Assembly (NCBI GenBank): GCA_005223125.1
Contig: NJBH01000017.1
Coordinates: 1 to 64,000 of the forward strand
From: Promethearchaeota archaeon Loki_b32
GTDB lineage: Archaea; Asgardarchaeota; Lokiarchaeia; Sigyniarchaeales; SOKP01
Direction: 5' to 3'
DNA: 64,000 nt
In this document: piece after piece, positions 61,993 to 64,000 of the stretch
How the letters are laid out: each line of letters starts with the position of its first letter
How positions within the stretch are numbered: the stretch's first letter is position 1
Program-made: the position numbers and the translations under genes
The notes under the pieces: model-generated
Database searches by the model: none
What the model was told of the DNA's origin: nothing
What the model saw: only the letters and a program-made list of their open reading frames with translations

Positions 61993-62820
61993 TCAGAAAT
62001 TCAAAAATTCTTCTATTGAAAGATGAACAAAATCACTTATTCTATTCTCAGAATTAACAAAATATATAGGATTTATTATCATTTTTTTCAACCATTTTAT
62101 TAGTTTTAATGCATAAGAGAGTTTTTTTAGTTTGGTGGGACTTGCTTCTTGATTTATTTTCATGTCTAACTTGGAATACTTCCCTATGATATTTCCAAAA
62201 TCCATCCCTATTAGAAATAATCTATGAAATGAAGATAATAAAGTTCGTAAAAAAAAAAGTATTCTATCTCCATCAGTAAACCCTCCTGGATTTATAATGT
62301 TTTGTATTGGGTCTACTTGTGTAGTTCCTATAATATTTTTAAATTTTATTATATTTTCTTCAAAAAACCATAATTTCCTAATGTTGTCACCATGGGCATG
62401 GACTATGTTGAATCTTGCATATTCAAGTTCATTTTTTGTAATCCCATCTAAATCTGAAAAAATAGCATCAATATGAATACCTTTTTTCTTTAGTAAGATT
62501 GAGGCACCATCTGCTGCTAAAATGATATAATCTTTAAAAAAATTTGCCCCTTTTTTTCCCCCAATAATATCAATAGTTTTTTCTAATGATGGACCGCATC
62601 CAAATATTAGAAGTGATGATTTTGTTAAAAGCCTTTCTTTAAACAACTTTAAAACATTATTTATTTCCCAATTTTTATTTTTCTTTGAGAGGATTAGCGA
62701 TAAATAATCACGAGCCTCACAATCCTTTTGATAGTCAAATTTGAAATCATTTTTTATCTGATTATACCAATCTTTGAATTCGGTATAAAAATTTAGTTGA
62801 TCCTTTAGATTAAAATCCAT
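61993..62820 (-). CDS. mptE: 6-hydroxymethyl-7,8-dihydropterin pyrophosphokinase (DUF115)
   Basis: GCGPSL, AADGA, SDLDG, VHAHGDN, GGFTDGDR, GMDFG. Confidence 0.88.
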   Translation of the reverse strand: MDFNLKDQLNFYTEFKDWYNQIKNDFKFDYQKDCEARDYLSLILSKKNKNWEINNVLKLFKERLLTKSSLLIFGCGPSLEKTIDIIGGKKGANFFKDYIILAADGASILLKKKGIHIDAIFSDLDGITKNELEYARFNIVHAHGDNIRKLWFFEENIIKFKNIIGTTQVDPIQNIINPGGFTDGDRILFFLRTLLSSFHRLFLIGMDFGNIIGKYSKLDMKINQEASPTKLKKLSYALKLIKWLKKMIINPIYFVNSENRISDFVHLSIEEFLNF

Positions 62821-62949
62821 ACTTCCTAAATTATATCTTTGAAAAAAGCAATCATAAAATTTTAAATTATTACCTTAATTAATAAAAACATACTATTTAA
62901 TACAATATTATTATAATTCATAAATTTAATAAAAAAGAGTTAGGTAAAA

Positions 62950-63342
62950 ATGGCTAAATGGTTTACTAAAACACATCAATGGTTTGATGATGCTACAAAA
63001 ATGGTTGGACTTACACCCTACGCAGCAGAACAACTTGGAGAAATCAGTTTTGTTGATGTGGAAGGTCTTGAAGGTGCTACACTTGAACAAGTAAAATTAG
63101 ATGGAGATGAACCATCAAGCGATCCAATTGATTGCACAGTTGAATCAAGTAAAGCTGTTGGCGATATTTATTCGCCTGTAAGTGGTAATGTTATTGAAGT
63201 TAATTCTGACTTGATGGATGAACCAGAAAAAATTAATGAAGATGCTTTTGCAGCTTGGCTATTTAAAATCGAGCCATCAAATTGGGATGCTGAAAAGGGA
63301 AACTTATTAGACGAAGGAGTATATAACGCTTTTATTGGGTAA
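62950..63342 (+). CDS. gcvH: glycine cleavage H protein (lipoyl carrier)
   Basis: THQW, GLTPYAAEQLGEI, VESSKAVGDIYSPVSG (lipoyl Lys), PEKINED...WLFKI. Confidence 0.9.
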   Translation: MAKWFTKTHQWFDDATKMVGLTPYAAEQLGEISFVDVEGLEGATLEQVKLDGDEPSSDPIDCTVESSKAVGDIYSPVSGNVIEVNSDLMDEPEKINEDAFAAWLFKIEPSNWDAEKGNLLDEGVYNAFIG

Positions 63343-63508
63343 TATAAATAATATTTTTTATTTAATTTCTCTAAATAACTTTTTCTTTTTTTTAATTTTT
63401 ATCAAAACCTCCAGAAAAATTTAATAAATTCATTTTAGTCTTAATAATGGATCCAAAATGAATTTTAAACATAATTTGATAGAAAATTATTATGAATCTA
63501 TAATTTAA

Positions 63509-64000
63509 TTACATTTTTACATCTAACATATATTGCAATAGGATAAATGATATAATTATCATCATTAACCCAATTACTAAAATCGAAACTGCCATCTTTT
63601 TATCATATACATATTTAGATGCTTGAAACAATGCTATAAATCCTATTGAACAAAAAAGAATCAAAATAGAAGCTACAATACCTTCAATAATAAAACTTTC
63701 ATGAATACTATTATAAATAAATATAGGATCTCCAGCGCTATTAGCCCCTAACGCAGGAGGGCCTCTAACTAGGAAATATACTGCTCCAGTTTGAAGAACA
63801 AATAAAATTATAAAAATAATTATTAAGCTTAAAGATCGGGAGGGCATTGGAAAAGATATTCTAGGAAGTTTTAATCTAGGATAACTAATTTTTGGCTTTC
63901 TTAATGAATTTCCAAAAATCCAAGGAGTTCTGCTTTTAATTTTTTCAAAAACAGTTTCAGAACCAATGATTTCCTCTTTTTTAGATGTTTCTTTTTGCAT
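63509..64000 (-). CDS. OSTC/DC2 (OST3/OST6 family)-like oligosaccharyltransferase subunit
   Basis: Three TMs; PRLKL...MPS, GAVY...PPALG, FIIEGIVASIL, GFIAL and a terminal MLDVKM parallel eukaryotic OSTC. The ATG lies at the window edge, so the true start may differ. Confidence 0.75.
   Translation of the reverse strand: MQKETSKKEEIIGSETVFEKIKSRTPWIFGNSLRKPKISYPRLKLPRISFPMPSRSLSLIIIFIILFVLQTGAVYFLVRGPPALGANSAGDPIFIYNSIHESFIIEGIVASILILFCSIGFIALFQASKYVYDKKMAVSILVIGLMMIIISFILLQYMLDVKM

Overview
A very AT-rich archaeal chromosomal segment, most consistent with an Asgard archaeon (Lokiarchaeia-like). The call rests on archaeal housekeeping genes (type II Map, Trm1, MptE, CofD/CofE, Sec61beta, RadA paralogues, TFE-beta/C34-like) together with eukaryotic-signature-type genes (ribophorin I/OST1, OSTC/DC2, Roadblock, longin-like, two Bet3/V4R-like proteins). 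In order, the window holds: a MoxR-DUF58 cluster; an operon for F420 and LipS1/LipS2 lipoate synthesis; a hybrid leuS followed by a 1221-aa unknown protein and a displaced, frameshifted second copy of the leuS 3' half; a tRNA-Gln(UUG) with two non-canonical introns; glycosylation genes; a peptide ABC transporter interrupted by an ISH3-like element and a decayed IS481-like element; and RNA-modification and recombination genes. The most novel signal is next to the tRNA. A small membrane-anchored ORF stops at Cys-Phe-TGA, stays open for 41 more codons, and is overlapped and followed by a hairpin resembling a eukaryote-type SECIS. It is therefore a candidate undescribed CxU selenoprotein. All calls come from reading motifs by eye; no searches or folding programs were run.
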